The notes under the pieces are model-generated. The model was not told the DNA's origin, did no database searches, and worked only from the letters and a program-made list of their open reading frames with translations. Positions 39,193 to 49,944 of a DNA stretch of 64,000 bases are shown piece after piece. The number at the start of each line of letters is the position of its first letter. Position 1 is the stretch's first letter. This stretch comes from Chlamydiota bacterium (lineage in GTDB: Bacteria; Chlamydiota; Chlamydiia; Chlamydiales; RGXB01), in contig CANLTW010000002.1 of assembly GCA_947494155.1 (NCBI GenBank), forward strand, positions 32,001 to 96,000, given 5' to 3'. Both the position numbers and the translations under genes were made by a program.

Positions 39193-39408
39193 AGGCCCCC
39201 TTTATTGATCGTGATTGTTTCTGCCAGAAGGAATACTTGTCGTTTGCGCAAGAGTGATATTAGCCGCCAGGGTATAAGTTCCGCTCCCCGAATTTAGAGC
39301 GTTAGTTAATTCGGTCTGAGTATTGATACCCATTAGTGGTGTAAAAGAGGTCAGCAGAAAAAACGTTGCAAACTTTAAGCCACTTTTTTGTTGTAACCTT
39401 TTTTTCAT
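39191..39408 (-). pseudogene. Truncated remnant of a secreted adhesin/autotransporter passenger gene
   Basis: Signal peptide + TELTNALNSGSGTYTLAANITL..IPSG; removing one A gives ..PSGRTITINKGGL then stop. Confidence 0.5.
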
Positions 39409-39451
39409 AGATCCTTTAAGCTGATTTTTGTTTTAAAAGGAAAAATTCACC

Positions 39452-40801
39452 TTAAGATTTAACCCTTTTTTTGTCTAGCAGATGTACCATCATGGACAAG
39501 CGCGGATTTTTAGAAAAAAAATCTCTATGCTTTTCTATGAAATTCCAGAATAGCTCATCAAAAGCTTCACACCATGGTCCAGAGGGGTAATTGCCCATCT
39601 TTTTTAAGTAATTTGAACCACTAAAATAGGGCTTTGTTGTCATCATACCCCCATCAGCATATTGGCTCATTCCGAAAACATTAGGCACCATAACCCAATC
39701 GTAGGCGTCGATGAAAAGGCTCATAAACCAATCGTAAACCTCTTTTGGATCGCACTCTTTAAGCAGAAGATAATTACCTAAAACCATCAGCCTTTCAATA
39801 TGGTGGCAATAGGCAAATTTAAGTGCTTTTTGCACAGCATCATCTACAGGAACTATTCCGGTTTCCCCTTCCCAAAACCCTTTTGGAAGCCCTTTTTTGT
39901 GATGAAAAAAATTCATTTTTCTCATCTTATCGCCATAAATTTCATATGCTGCCCGCATAAATTCTCTCCAACCCAGGATTTGGCGCACAAAACCCTCTTT
40001 AGAAGCTAGCGGAGCATGATGATGAAGCGCATTTTCTAATACCTCGTCCACGGTCAAAAGCCCTACATTAATATACGGGCTCAATACAGAATGCACTGTA
40101 AATGGATCCCCCATCAAAATGGCGTCCTGGTAAGGACCAAAGGTAGAAAAAGTCTCTTCAAAAAAACGATGCATCATTTTTTTTGCCCCTTCACGATCGA
40201 TAGCAAAAGAAAAGTCCTCCAAATCGCCGGGATGATCTTTGAATTCCCTTTCGATTTCTTTTTTTATTTTTTTCAAGAGCGGGCTCTCTTTTGGAGGGGT
40301 GTAAGAGACAAGACGTACCCCCTTGGGAACTTTTTTCCGATTTTCTACGTCGTAACTCCATTTACCCCCCTCTGGCTTCCCCCCTTGCATCATGATATCG
40401 AATCGTTTGCGCTGTTTCATATAAAAAGAGGCCATGCTGAGATGTTTTTCGCCACCCAAAAGCTCTTTAATCTCGCTTTTTTTTGTTAAAAAAAGGGGTG
40501 AATCGAGGATTTCCACCTTTTTTTCTAGCTCACGAAGCACCTCATGGTCGATTGGGTCAAACGCTCTCATCCCCTTTTTGTAATTAGGCTTTTCCCCAAA
40601 GGGTACGTAATCGACAGTAATTCCATAGTCTCTAAGTTCATCTTGATAGGCCTTCATTGCCGCTCGATGAAAAAGGAGCTTTTTTTTATGATAGGGAAAT
40701 TGTTTGAAGTACCATGGATGCTCATATAGAACCACATGGTCCCCTTTGTGGAAAAACCGTTTCGGATCAAAAAGCTGATGAGGTAAAATTAGATATTCCA
40801 T
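39452..40801 (-). CDS. Bacterial (6-4)-type photolyase/cryptochrome (PhrB/CryPro-like family)
   Basis: LPHQLF, HKKKL, GGKWSYDVENRK, FGPYQDA, EGFVRQILGWREF, HHIERLMV, DAYDWVMVPNV.GM, KPY.SGSNY. Confidence 0.92.
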   Translation of the reverse strand: MEYLILPHQLFDPKRFFHKGDHVVLYEHPWYFKQFPYHKKKLLFHRAAMKAYQDELRDYGITVDYVPFGEKPNYKKGMRAFDPIDHEVLRELEKKVEILDSPLFLTKKSEIKELLGGEKHLSMASFYMKQRKRFDIMMQGGKPEGGKWSYDVENRKKVPKGVRLVSYTPPKESPLLKKIKKEIEREFKDHPGDLEDFSFAIDREGAKKMMHRFFEETFSTFGPYQDAILMGDPFTVHSVLSPYINVGLLTVDEVLENALHHHAPLASKEGFVRQILGWREFMRAAYEIYGDKMRKMNFFHHKKGLPKGFWEGETGIVPVDDAVQKALKFAYCHHIERLMVLGNYLLLKECDPKEVYDWFMSLFIDAYDWVMVPNVFGMSQYADGGMMTTKPYFSGSNYLKKMGNYPSGPWCEAFDELFWNFIEKHRDFFSKNPRLSMMVHLLDKKRVKS

Positions 40802-40883
40802 AGAGCACACCAACGGGGTATTTTTCCCATTTTAGATAGCATATTTTTTATTAAATGAATACCAAACAGAACCGGATCCGGTT

Positions 40884-41393
40884 TTATCGAGTCATCGCCC
40901 TGATAAAAGGGGCAAAGGGGGTACCCCTCTTTTTTTTTGCAGCCTTACAACTCTCCAGAAAAATAGGGAGCATCTTTTTAGAATCCAACCCCGTCGCTTT
41001 GCAAAACCCCTCAAAGGTGGTCTCAAAACAGGGTTTTGTAGCCTCATTTAAAAATTCTTTTGTGAAACCGTTGCAAAACTTTTTGAATTGAATGCTATTT
41101 GAGGAGCTCAGCTTTTTTAAGCTTGCTTTAGTGTTCACCTCGGTCAAAACCACCCCAAAAAAAGAGAAAGGGGGTACTTGTCTTGTCCGCTCTCCTGTCT
41201 TTTCGAGAGAATCCTTATATTTTAGCAGTCCGATAGAGGAGTGTGCTGCCAAAGTATTCACTACGTAGGCTATATCCTCTCTTTCGTTTTTTGTTGCCTC
41301 TGTTTTGAATCTTGAGCACTTACCCCCCTCTAGCTGCTGTACAACAACAAGAAAAGGGGTAAGGACAGTAAGGCACCTAAGAACAAAGCTCAT
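40884..41393 (-). CDS. Secreted hypothetical protein
   Basis: Signal-like N-terminus; overlaps the stop of the upstream protease gene by 17 bp. Confidence 0.65.
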   Translation of the reverse strand: MSFVLRCLTVLTPFLVVVQQLEGGKCSRFKTEATKNEREDIAYVVNTLAAHSSIGLLKYKDSLEKTGERTRQVPPFSFFGVVLTEVNTKASLKKLSSSNSIQFKKFCNGFTKEFLNEATKPCFETTFEGFCKATGLDSKKMLPIFLESCKAAKKKRGTPFAPFIRAMTR

Positions 41394-44300
41394 GTTTGCT
41401 ATCTAGCAAAATCTCCAGGGCTTTTGCAAGCTGAAGATCTTTTTTCTCAAAAGATTCTCTTGGAGATATATCTAAATAGATGTCGATGGGGCCAGCCCCC
41501 TCTTCTTCAACAACAGGGGATGTTGTCCCTTTAAAATACGATGCGTGAGCCGGAAGAGTCACAAGTAAAGAACTGCCGGGTAAAACTGAGAGTGAGGAGC
41601 AGATACCCACACCCCCTCCCCAGGTTTTAGTTCCGATAACAGTCGCTTTGTACACCCTTTTCAATTTTGTAATCAAAAGCTCCCCATCCGACGAGGTTTG
41701 CTGGTTGCAAAGAACTACAAGTTTTGGAGGTTTTGCACTGATCTCAAAGCAGCTCTCTATTCCGTGCATTTCGTGATAGAAATCGGTAGTAACCAGCAGT
41801 TCTTGTATTACATCATCGCTTGTATTTCCCCCATAATTGTATCTCAAATCGATGATAATCCCCTCTTTATCGAGCATTGCATTATACAACTGGGTAAATA
41901 ATCCATACGTTGAAGGGGACATCTCACTTAGATAGATATACCCAACTTTTCCTTTAGAACATGTGTCCACTTGCATCCGGTTAGCGTAGGCCCAATCGTA
42001 AAGACGGAGTCTCAAAAGCGTCTCTATTGCCAATGGCTTAGCAGCGGCCATGATCGGTTCACCGTTAGGATCTTTGAGTCCGAATTGGACAGTTCCCCCG
42101 TAAAAACCACAAAGCTGAGCCTCAAATCCACAGCTACCTACTAACTGTTCTCCATTTATGGTGGTGATCCATGACCCCTTTTTAAAATCCTTGTAAGGAT
42201 CTAAGACGTGGTGTGTATCTATGAGGGGATCTATCTCTAAAGCACGCAAAATTTTGAACCCCTGCTTTTTAGCATCATACTCCAGCTCTAGAGGCAATGA
42301 AGCGCTTTTTAGGGCATGGTTCACAGGGGTCGCTAGGTCCACAATGAAGATGTGCAAAGTATTCAGTTCTGCAAGCATCATCGATAAAACTAAAATCAGA
42401 TCTTTTTTGTTGTACACCCGATCCATTAGTGGAAGGTATTTATTTTTAATGTTTGTCCAGAAGGTTTCTTCCAAATTTTGATTATAAAAATAGGATTTAT
42501 AGGTTCTATGTACATTATGAAAAAGGTTTTCAAACTCTTTTTTCGCATCAAAAAAGATCGTTTGCGCCGGTATTTTTATCTTCTCATCCACACCCCCCTC
42601 AAAGGAATTGGTGAAATCGGCCCAGCTAAACTCCCCTTGTTCCACAACAACCCCTTTATTTGAGGTCATTGAAAAATAGGCTTCACTGAAATCGTAGCTG
42701 CTCTCTTCAACCCCTTTTCCCTCGAACGGGAAAAAGCTTATCTGGTCACCAAAGAGAATGAGCCCTTTTTCCAAACCTACCATTTTATACGTGTAAAGAA
42801 ACGGAAGTTTATTAAAAGTTTTTTTCGAAAATAAGGTGGGGTTGATCTCTAAAGACTCTTTGATTTCTTCAAACTTGAAAGGATTTACGCTATTAAAGCT
42901 CACTCCCATGAGATAAGAGACCGATACAGTTTTCAAAGGCGATTTTTCCGGATTATTTAGAAAGACGGGTATCCGCTTGTTGCGCGAAAGAAAGTAGAGC
43001 CCCGCCTGTTTAGGATGCCAAACAGGGTTATAACCATCCACCTCAGAGGCTGTAACCGGATAGGAGGCCCCTTTTTTGAGATCAGCCACCATCAGTTGCC
43101 AAAAAAGGTTCTTTTTTTGCACCGAGTACGCAAGCCATTTTCCGTCTGGCGAAAAAGCCACACCCTCTTTTCCTAAGTCAAGAGGGAGTTTTCTATCGAT
43201 GAGAGTCTCTTTTTTTGTCTGAACGTCGTAAACAAATAGCTCCTGCTTAGGTGAGATTGTTGCCACCTTTGTCCCCTGATTATTTACAACCAGTTTGGTG
43301 CGCGTGCGATCTCCTAAAAACCGGGTTTCTTCCCCCCCTGTAAAATCTCTGATTTCCAAACTCACCCCTTTCTCATTTGAGGAGAGGGCAAAAATTTTCT
43401 TTTCTGTGAAGGCTAGATCATAAATATAATCCCCTTTTTTCGATCTAATCCTGGTGAATCCTTCAGAGGCTCTGTTGAAGCAAAGTACATCCCCTCGGAT
43501 CAAAAAGGCGATCAACTCATTTGTTGGATGGACGGCACACTTTTCTTGGATATAGTATCCTGAAGGGTTATGGCAAAGAAGCAGGTCTTTTATCTCTTTT
43601 TTCAAAAAGACTCTCGATTTTTTTTCCCTATTTTGTCCCACAAGCTCTATTTTTAATTTCGAGACTGCTTTGGAGTTGGTGTCAAAAATTTTCAAATCCC
43701 CGGCTATGCTTAAAATGATGGTCTTGCCATCAGTCGATGCAGATAGGACGGGAAATAGGTCATCTTCATAAACTTTTTTGATTTCACCCTCCTCCCACAC
43801 ATATAAGCTGGCTTTGGAGGTCACATCGGATAGAAAGTAGAGCCTGTTTTCAATGACCATGGGATTAAAGCAGTTTGCCTCGGAAAAAAGGGGGATTTTT
43901 TTCTCCTGAAAATCTCTGGAGGCAAAGCGCCCTTTATAGATTTGGCGCAATTGCCCACCTCTATACGAGCTGATGACCGATTGGGGGGAAAATCTCACAA
44001 AAAAAAGATCCCCGTTTGGGGTGATGCAAGGTTCGGCGGACTGCTCGACACCCAGTGTGCTCTCTTTGCTATTAGGATTGTCCAGATGGACTAGTGCTAA
44101 CGTTTTCTCTCTTGAAATATGATTAGAATAGGTCTGGTACGCTATTTTTCGATCGCCTAACCAGCTACAGGGACTCGACTCAATCCCCGTATACGTGTGC
44201 CTCTCAAGATTATCCCCGTTAAGAGCTACAGAAAACAGATCCCAGTTAGGTAGGAAATCGACTTTTCCTACAAACGCAATCCTCTCCCCATTTTTAGAAA

Positions 44301-44517
44301 ATTTAGGATAGCTTATCGACCCGTTATCCTTCAAAAGGGGTGTTGCCCGTACATGATTTTGCTCTATTCTCCCATACCAAAGGTTTCCCCCCTGGATAAA
44401 AACGATCTCATCTCCCCGAATATCTGGCTGGATACAGATGCTCTCTTTGGCTATTATCGTACCTACCCATAAGAAGAGTAAAAGGGGAAATTTTAGTCGT
44501 CTTAATCCAAAAATCAT
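41377..44517 (-). CDS. Tricorn-like S41 family protease (beta-propellers, PDZ, S41 core)
   Basis: Signal peptide; PD40-like FSKNG/FSPDG repeats; ELNTLH, GYIYL, IIDLRYNYGG, SSDGE, GTKTWGG. Confidence 0.88.
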   Translation of the reverse strand: MIFGLRRLKFPLLLFLWVGTIIAKESICIQPDIRGDEIVFIQGGNLWYGRIEQNHVRATPLLKDNGSISYPKFSKNGERIAFVGKVDFLPNWDLFSVALNGDNLERHTYTGIESSPCSWLGDRKIAYQTYSNHISREKTLALVHLDNPNSKESTLGVEQSAEPCITPNGDLFFVRFSPQSVISSYRGGQLRQIYKGRFASRDFQEKKIPLFSEANCFNPMVIENRLYFLSDVTSKASLYVWEEGEIKKVYEDDLFPVLSASTDGKTIILSIAGDLKIFDTNSKAVSKLKIELVGQNREKKSRVFLKKEIKDLLLCHNPSGYYIQEKCAVHPTNELIAFLIRGDVLCFNRASEGFTRIRSKKGDYIYDLAFTEKKIFALSSNEKGVSLEIRDFTGGEETRFLGDRTRTKLVVNNQGTKVATISPKQELFVYDVQTKKETLIDRKLPLDLGKEGVAFSPDGKWLAYSVQKKNLFWQLMVADLKKGASYPVTASEVDGYNPVWHPKQAGLYFLSRNKRIPVFLNNPEKSPLKTVSVSYLMGVSFNSVNPFKFEEIKESLEINPTLFSKKTFNKLPFLYTYKMVGLEKGLILFGDQISFFPFEGKGVEESSYDFSEAYFSMTSNKGVVVEQGEFSWADFTNSFEGGVDEKIKIPAQTIFFDAKKEFENLFHNVHRTYKSYFYNQNLEETFWTNIKNKYLPLMDRVYNKKDLILVLSMMLAELNTLHIFIVDLATPVNHALKSASLPLELEYDAKKQGFKILRALEIDPLIDTHHVLDPYKDFKKGSWITTINGEQLVGSCGFEAQLCGFYGGTVQFGLKDPNGEPIMAAAKPLAIETLLRLRLYDWAYANRMQVDTCSKGKVGYIYLSEMSPSTYGLFTQLYNAMLDKEGIIIDLRYNYGGNTSDDVIQELLVTTDFYHEMHGIESCFEISAKPPKLVVLCNQQTSSDGELLITKLKRVYKATVIGTKTWGGGVGICSSLSVLPGSSLLVTLPAHASYFKGTTSPVVEEEGAGPIDIYLDISPRESFEKKDLQLAKALEILLDSKHELCS

Positions 44518-44553
44518 AAAATCCTTCTTAAAAGTGGTTGTCGTTAAGATTAA

Positions 44554-45330
44554 TCAATCCTCTAATAGTACAAGATTTTGCTTTGTTGCTCCTTGCAAAA
44601 CCCCCCACATTACATATATCCATGTAGCAAGGAAAAAAAACCAATCGAAATGGTACATGAAACCAAAAAGAAGCGTCAACATGATTAAAGAGATCGCAAA
44701 TACACTAGAAAAGGTTAATTGTTCTTTTTGGATCCATTTTAAAGAGACAAATCTTTTCACGCTGATCATCGCGTACGCTAACAAAATCATAAAAAACGGG
44801 GCAAAATAGGACAATATATGGGAACCGAAAAGCTCTACAACAGAAGGGTTGCAAAAAAACAGCTGCATCGATAGGGCGGCCATCGCGGCTGCAGGTATAG
44901 GCAAGCCGGTATAGATCTTGTGATTTTGTGTTTTTTTTTCCCCTAAAGTCAGAACATTAAACCGTACAAGCCTTAGAACACCACACAACGAAAAAAGCAT
45001 AGCCCCCCAAAAAGTGAAAAAATAGGGGAGGGTTTTTGGGACAACTTGTGCAGTTTTCATCAGTAAAACGGCAGGGGCTAAACCGAATGTAATCGCATCA
45101 GATAAAGAATCAAAATTCATCCCAAAGAGGCTCTCCCCTTTTAACCGACGCGCAACAAAGCCATCCAAAACATCAATACAGGCAGCGGTCAAAATCAAAA
45201 GTGAAGATCTGAAAAGTAAAATTTTTGGCTCTAAAGTAGCATCATAAAGGGTCGCTTTAAAGATAACGAACAATCCGATCGATAGTCCAAGGGCTGTGAT
45301 GACGTTGGGAACAACATATGGTTTTTTCAT
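44554..45330 (-). CDS. pssA: CDP-diacylglycerol-serine O-phosphatidyltransferase
   Basis: PNVIT, DVLDGFVAR..S.FG..FDSLSD.ITFG.AP, LRLVRFN, GLPIPAA. Confidence 0.9.
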   Translation of the reverse strand: MKKPYVVPNVITALGLSIGLFVIFKATLYDATLEPKILLFRSSLLILTAACIDVLDGFVARRLKGESLFGMNFDSLSDAITFGLAPAVLLMKTAQVVPKTLPYFFTFWGAMLFSLCGVLRLVRFNVLTLGEKKTQNHKIYTGLPIPAAAMAALSMQLFFCNPSVVELFGSHILSYFAPFFMILLAYAMISVKRFVSLKWIQKEQLTFSSVFAISLIMLTLLFGFMYHFDWFFFLATWIYVMWGVLQGATKQNLVLLED

Positions 45331-45506
45331 GTGATTTAAACCCCGATTTTTGCTACAATCATGCACGAAGCCCACCTTATATTTGAACGATATTCTTTAA
45401 CCTCAAACATCCCCTAGTTTAAAAAAAATTTCCCCTCGAAAGAAATTTTTTCCTCAGAGGAGAAGAAAAGCTTTTGTTTTTTTTAAACTAGACAAATTGT
45501 GTCGAT

Positions 45507-45555
45507 TTACAATATATAGTGTGTCATAAGCGTAAATGAATACAACATGTAGTGT
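45507..45555 (+). promoter_or_regulatory. Tandem NrdR boxes upstream of nrdA
   Basis: TTACAATATATAGTGT (45507-45522) and ATACAACATGTAGTGT (45540-45555) resemble the consensus acaCwAtATaTwGtgt, 33 bp apart. Confidence 0.8.
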
Positions 45556-45566
45556 TGCGAGGAATC

Positions 45567-48500
45567 ATGAGTGAAGAGAAGACAACCACCAGTTCAGCCT
45601 TGATTAATCAATCCTGGGTGAAAAATAACAACGGCGTCAGTTTAACTGTTGTCAAGCGTAACGGCCATGTTGTTCCGTTCAATGCCCAGCGCATACATCG
45701 TGCGATCGAGTCTGCATTTAAGGACGTAAAGAAGACCCCCGACGTGACTAGTTTCTACCAAGAGATCGGTTCTTTGACCGAGGTGGTCGTCTCCTCGTGC
45801 ATACAGGATAGCAACCAGGGAAAAACACTCACCGTCGAAGGGATTCAAGACCTCGTAGAGATCATCTTGATGAAAAAAGGGTATCACGATGTCGCCAGAG
45901 GCTACATCACTTACCGCAACGAGCATAAAGCCATTCGGGAGCAAGGGATTGATAGCGTCCGAATTTTTAGACGAGATGGCTCTACTTTAGTTCGCCTCAA
46001 TCCGGTAAAAATCGCCTCATCGATTGAATTCGCCTTGCGTACTGGGCACCAAAACGAGAGTATCGCTATCCCTGAAAATCTTTTTGAAATGGTCAACCCC
46101 CTTACATCGCTTATTTTGGAAAAAGTGCTCCAAAAGTGGCAAAACCAGGAGCTCTTATCAGTGCACGTGATTCAAGATCTCGTTGAAGAGGCCCTAATGG
46201 ACAAGCGCCATTTCAGCGCGGCAAAAGCCTATATCCTCAAGCAAGCAAACGAGGGAAAAGTCCATCCAAAAACTGAAACACGATCGGCCAAAGCCCATAC
46301 TTTCCAAGTAAAAACTAAAAGCGGAGAGCCACGCTCCATCAGCGAAGACGAAATCCGTAACAAAATCGCTTTTGCTTGCAAAGGCTTTGAATCGATTATC
46401 CAGGTTGAAGAGCTTACGCAATCGACGATCCAAAACTTCTACGAGGGGATCCTTGAAGACGAGGTGGATCAAGCCATGGTGTTGGCAGCCAGAGCTATGG
46501 TCGAAAAAGACCCTTGTTATGCAGAAATTTCGGCCAGATTGCTCCTAGATATTGTCTACCGTGAAGCGCTTGGCATTTCGATGATGGATCCGTCATTAAA
46601 CCGTAGGCATAAAGAGTATTTCCCCAACTATATCCGCCGCGGTATTTCACTCGGCCGACTTTCCCATGAGCTACTCGATTTCGATTTGACAAAACTCCAA
46701 GACTCGCTCGAAATTTCAAGGGATTTCAGTTTTAAATATCTTGGGCTGCAGACTCTTTACGATCGCTACTTCATCCATCACGAAAGAAAGAGAATGGAGA
46801 CACCCCAAATTTTCTGGATGCGCGTTGCGATGGGGTTGGCTATTAAAGAGGCTAATCGCACCGAGAGGGCTATCGAATTTTACCATACCCTTTCCCAATT
46901 CCACTTTGTATCGAGCACGCCTACCCTCTTCAACGCAGGTACGCAGCATTCGCAGCTGAGTTCGTGTTATCTCTCGACTGTAATGGATGATCTGGAAAAC
47001 ATTTTCAAAATCATTTCGGATGATGCACGCCTATCCAAGTGGGCGGGTGGCCTCGGAAATGACTGGACAAATGTCCGTGCTACCGGTTCACGCATTAAAG
47101 GGACAAACGGAGAGAGTCAAGGGGTGATCCCCTTTTTAAAAGTCGCAAACGATGTAGCCGTTGCAGTAAATCAAGGGGGTAAGCGCAAAGGAGCGATGTG
47201 TGCCTACCTTGAAGTGTGGCATCTTGACATCGAAGATTTTATTGAACTTAGAAAAAATACCGGAGATGAAAGAAGGCGTACGCATGACATGAATACAGCT
47301 AACTGGATTCCCGATCTTTTTATGAAAAGAGTGCACGAAAATAAGCCTTGGACCCTCTTTTCCCCTTGCGACACCCCCGATCTTCATGATCTCTACGGTA
47401 AAGAATTCGAAGAGCGTTATGAGCACTATGAAAAGCTTGCAGAAGCTGGAAAAATTGGCCTATCGAAAAAAATAGAGGCGACCGCTTTATGGAGAAAAAT
47501 GCTGGGGATGCTTTTTGAAACAGGTCACCCTTGGGTGACTTTCAAAGACCCCTCAAACATCCGTTCTCCCCAAGACCATGAGGGGGTTGTCCACAGCTCT
47601 AATCTTTGTACCGAGATTCTGTTGAACACCTCGATCAAAGAGACCGCTGTTTGCAACCTTGGGTCGATCAACCTCGAAAAACATATAAGCCAAGGCAAGC
47701 TCGACACAAAGTTGCTCGAAAAAACGGTTACAACAGCTGTACGAATGCTCGACAACGTGATCGATATCAATTTCTATCCGATTCCGGATGCAGAGTACGC
47801 AAACTTGCGTCACCGCCCGATCGGGTTAGGATTGATGGGATTCCAGGATGCGCTTTACATGATGGACATCAGTTATGCCAGCCATGAAGCGATCGAATTT
47901 GCAGATTCCAGTATGGAGCACATCTCCTATTTTGCGATCCTGGCATCCAGCCAGCTTGCTAAGGAGCGTGGCGCTTACCAAACATACAAAGGCTCCAAAT
48001 GGGATCGTGGTCTTTTGCCGATCGACACGATCCAGCTTTTAAAAGATGAGAGAGGCGGGTTTTTAGAACAAGACACCACAACACGCCTCAATTGGGACGT
48101 TGTACGCGCCTCTATTAAGGAAAACGGGATGCGCAATTCCAATACGATGGCGATTGCTCCGACCGCTACTATCGCTAATATCACAGGGATAGTGCAGTCC
48201 ATAGAGCCCTCTTTTAAAAACATCTATGTGAAATCCAACCTATCAGGGGAATTTACGGTACCTAACGTGCATCTTGTCAACAAACTCAAAGAGCTCCAAC
48301 TTTGGGATGCTGAGATGATCGATGACCTTAAATATTACGACGGTTCCATTCTAGAGATTGAAAGGATTCCTGAAGAGGTGAAGAAAGTCTACTTGACCGC
48401 ATTTGAAATCGACCCTACCTGGATTATCGAATGTGCATCAAGACGTCAAAAATGGATCGATATGGGGCAATCCTTGAACCTCTATATCGATCAACCAAGC

Positions 48501-48740
48501 GGTAAAAAGATTCATGACATGTATCTGCTCGCTTGGACGAAAGGGTTGAAAACTACTTATTATTTACGTAGTAGAGCCGCAACCCAAATTGAGAAATCCA
48601 CCACCGATATCAACAAGCGTGGATTGCAGCCGAAGTGGATGAAGAGTGTCTCTGCCTCGGCCAATATTAAAGTAGACCGTAGTCCGGAAAGCAAGCCTAA
48701 GGTGTGCTCTTTGGACGAGGGTTGCGAAAGCTGTCAATAA
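45567..48740 (+). CDS. nrdA: Ribonucleotide reductase class I alpha subunit with three ATP-cone-like repeats
   Basis: VVKRNG / IFRRDG / VKTKSG cones, [26 protein letters not shown]-terminal CESCQ. Confidence 0.97.
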   Translation: MSEEKTTTSSALINQSWVKNNNGVSLTVVKRNGHVVPFNAQRIHRAIESAFKDVKKTPDVTSFYQEIGSLTEVVVSSCIQDSNQGKTLTVEGIQDLVEIILMKKGYHDVARGYITYRNEHKAIREQGIDSVRIFRRDGSTLVRLNPVKIASSIEFALRTGHQNESIAIPENLFEMVNPLTSLILEKVLQKWQNQELLSVHVIQDLVEEALMDKRHFSAAKAYILKQANEGKVHPKTETRSAKAHTFQVKTKSGEPRSISEDEIRNKIAFACKGFESIIQVEELTQSTIQNFYEGILEDEVDQAMVLAARAMVEKDPCYAEISARLLLDIVYREALGISMMDPSLNRRHKEYFPNYIRRGISLGRLSHELLDFDLTKLQDSLEISRDFSFKYLGLQTLYDRYFIHHERKRMETPQIFWMRVAMGLAIKEANRTERAIEFYHTLSQFHFVSSTPTLFNAGTQHSQLSSCYLSTVMDDLENIFKIISDDARLSKWAGGLGNDWTNVRATGSRIKGTNGESQGVIPFLKVANDVAVAVNQGGKRKGAMCAYLEVWHLDIEDFIELRKNTGDERRRTHDMNTANWIPDLFMKRVHENKPWTLFSPCDTPDLHDLYGKEFEERYEHYEKLAEAGKIGLSKKIEATALWRKMLGMLFETGHPWVTFKDPSNIRSPQDHEGVVHSSNLCTEILLNTSIKETAVCNLGSINLEKHISQGKLDTKLLEKTVTTAVRMLDNVIDINFYPIPDAEYANLRHRPIGLGLMGFQDALYMMDISYASHEAIEFADSSMEHISYFAILASSQLAKERGAYQTYKGSKWDRGLLPIDTIQLLKDERGGFLEQDTTTRLNWDVVRASIKENGMRNSNTMAIAPTATIANITGIVQSIEPSFKNIYVKSNLSGEFTVPNVHLVNKLKELQLWDAEMIDDLKYYDGSILEIERIPEEVKKVYLTAFEIDPTWIIECASRRQKWIDMGQSLNLYIDQPSGKKIHDMYLLAWTKGLKTTYYLRSRAATQIEKSTTDINKRGLQPKWMKSVSASANIKVDRSPESKPKVCSLDEGCESCQ

Positions 48741-48801
48741 AAATACAAGTAGTGTTTTAAGCCACGAGACCGTGGTCGAAAAAAATTTAAGGGGAATTAG
48801 A

Positions 48802-49827
48802 ATGAAAAATACAGAACGATTGAAAGCTGATCAAAAAAAGCTGATCAATAACAGTAAAGTAGATGTCAACCAACTTATGCCCCTAAAATACCACTGGGCA
48901 TGGGAACATTACCTCAATGGATGCGCAAACCATTGGATGCCAACCGAGGTATCCATGCAGTCGGATATCGAACTTTGGAAATCTAATCGTCTGACTGAAG
49001 GGGAGCGCCTCCTTGTGATGAGAAACTTGGGTTTTTTTTCGACAGCAGAGAGCTTGGTAGGGAACAATATAGTCCTTGCTATTTTCCGCCATCTTACCAA
49101 TCCCGAGGCGCGTCAGTATCTTTTACGCCAAGGTTTTGAAGAAGCGATCCACACCCATACATTCCATTACATAGTTGAATCTCTAGCTCTCGATCCGGGT
49201 GAAATTTTTAATATGTATCAGGAAATCGACTCGATCCATGATAAAGATGCTTTTGAGATGAAAATCACCGAAGCGGTTCTTAAAAGCGATTTTACCACCG
49301 AAACCACAGAAGGGGCTCAAAAATTTCTGGAAAACCTGATTGGGTACTATGTGATCATGGAGGGGATCTTTTTTTACAGCGGTTTTGCCATGATCCTCTC
49401 ATTGCACCGTCAAAACAAAATGGTCGGTATCGGCGAACAATTCAAATACATCCTGCGTGACGAAACAATTCACCTCAATTTCGGTATCGATCTTATCAAT
49501 ACGATTAAAGAGGAAAATCCGCATCTTTGGACAAACGCGTTTCAACAACACATCTATAATTTGATAGATGAGGCTGTAGAACTTGAAATCCGTTACGCCA
49601 AAGACTGTTTGCCTCATGGGGTACTCGGTTTGACAACCGGTATGTTCAAAGAATACGTCGGTTATATTGCTGACAGACGCCTTGAGCGCATCGGCCTCGA
49701 GGCACGCTACCACACGAAAAATCCCTTCCCCTGGTTAAGCGAAACTATCGACCTGGAGAAGGAGGGGAACTTCTTCGAAAGAAGAGTTACCGATTACCAA
49801 TCGGCCTCTAACCTCTCTTGGACTTAA
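48802..49827 (+). CDS. nrdB: Ribonucleotide reductase beta subunit, class Ic (Mn/Fe) type
   Basis: FFSTAESLV (Glu first ligand), EEAIHTHTF (Phe at radical Tyr site), [25 protein letters not shown]. Confidence 0.96.
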   Translation: MKNTERLKADQKKLINNSKVDVNQLMPLKYHWAWEHYLNGCANHWMPTEVSMQSDIELWKSNRLTEGERLLVMRNLGFFSTAESLVGNNIVLAIFRHLTNPEARQYLLRQGFEEAIHTHTFHYIVESLALDPGEIFNMYQEIDSIHDKDAFEMKITEAVLKSDFTTETTEGAQKFLENLIGYYVIMEGIFFYSGFAMILSLHRQNKMVGIGEQFKYILRDETIHLNFGIDLINTIKEENPHLWTNAFQQHIYNLIDEAVELEIRYAKDCLPHGVLGLTTGMFKEYVGYIADRRLERIGLEARYHTKNPFPWLSETIDLEKEGNFFERRVTDYQSASNLSWT

Positions 49828-49834
49828 GATAAAC

Positions 49835-49863
49835 ACAACCCCCCTAAAAAAAAGGGGGGTTGT
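49835..49863 (+). terminator. Intrinsic terminator hairpin after nrdB
   Basis: ACAACCCCCC...GGGGGGTTGT perfect 10-bp inverted repeat. Confidence 0.7.
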
Positions 49864-49944
49864 CGTTTAAAAAGAAAGTGGAAAGGATGGAACGAAAAAA
49901 GCTATAATCTTAAATTCAAATCTTAATACGTATAGGAATAGGGT

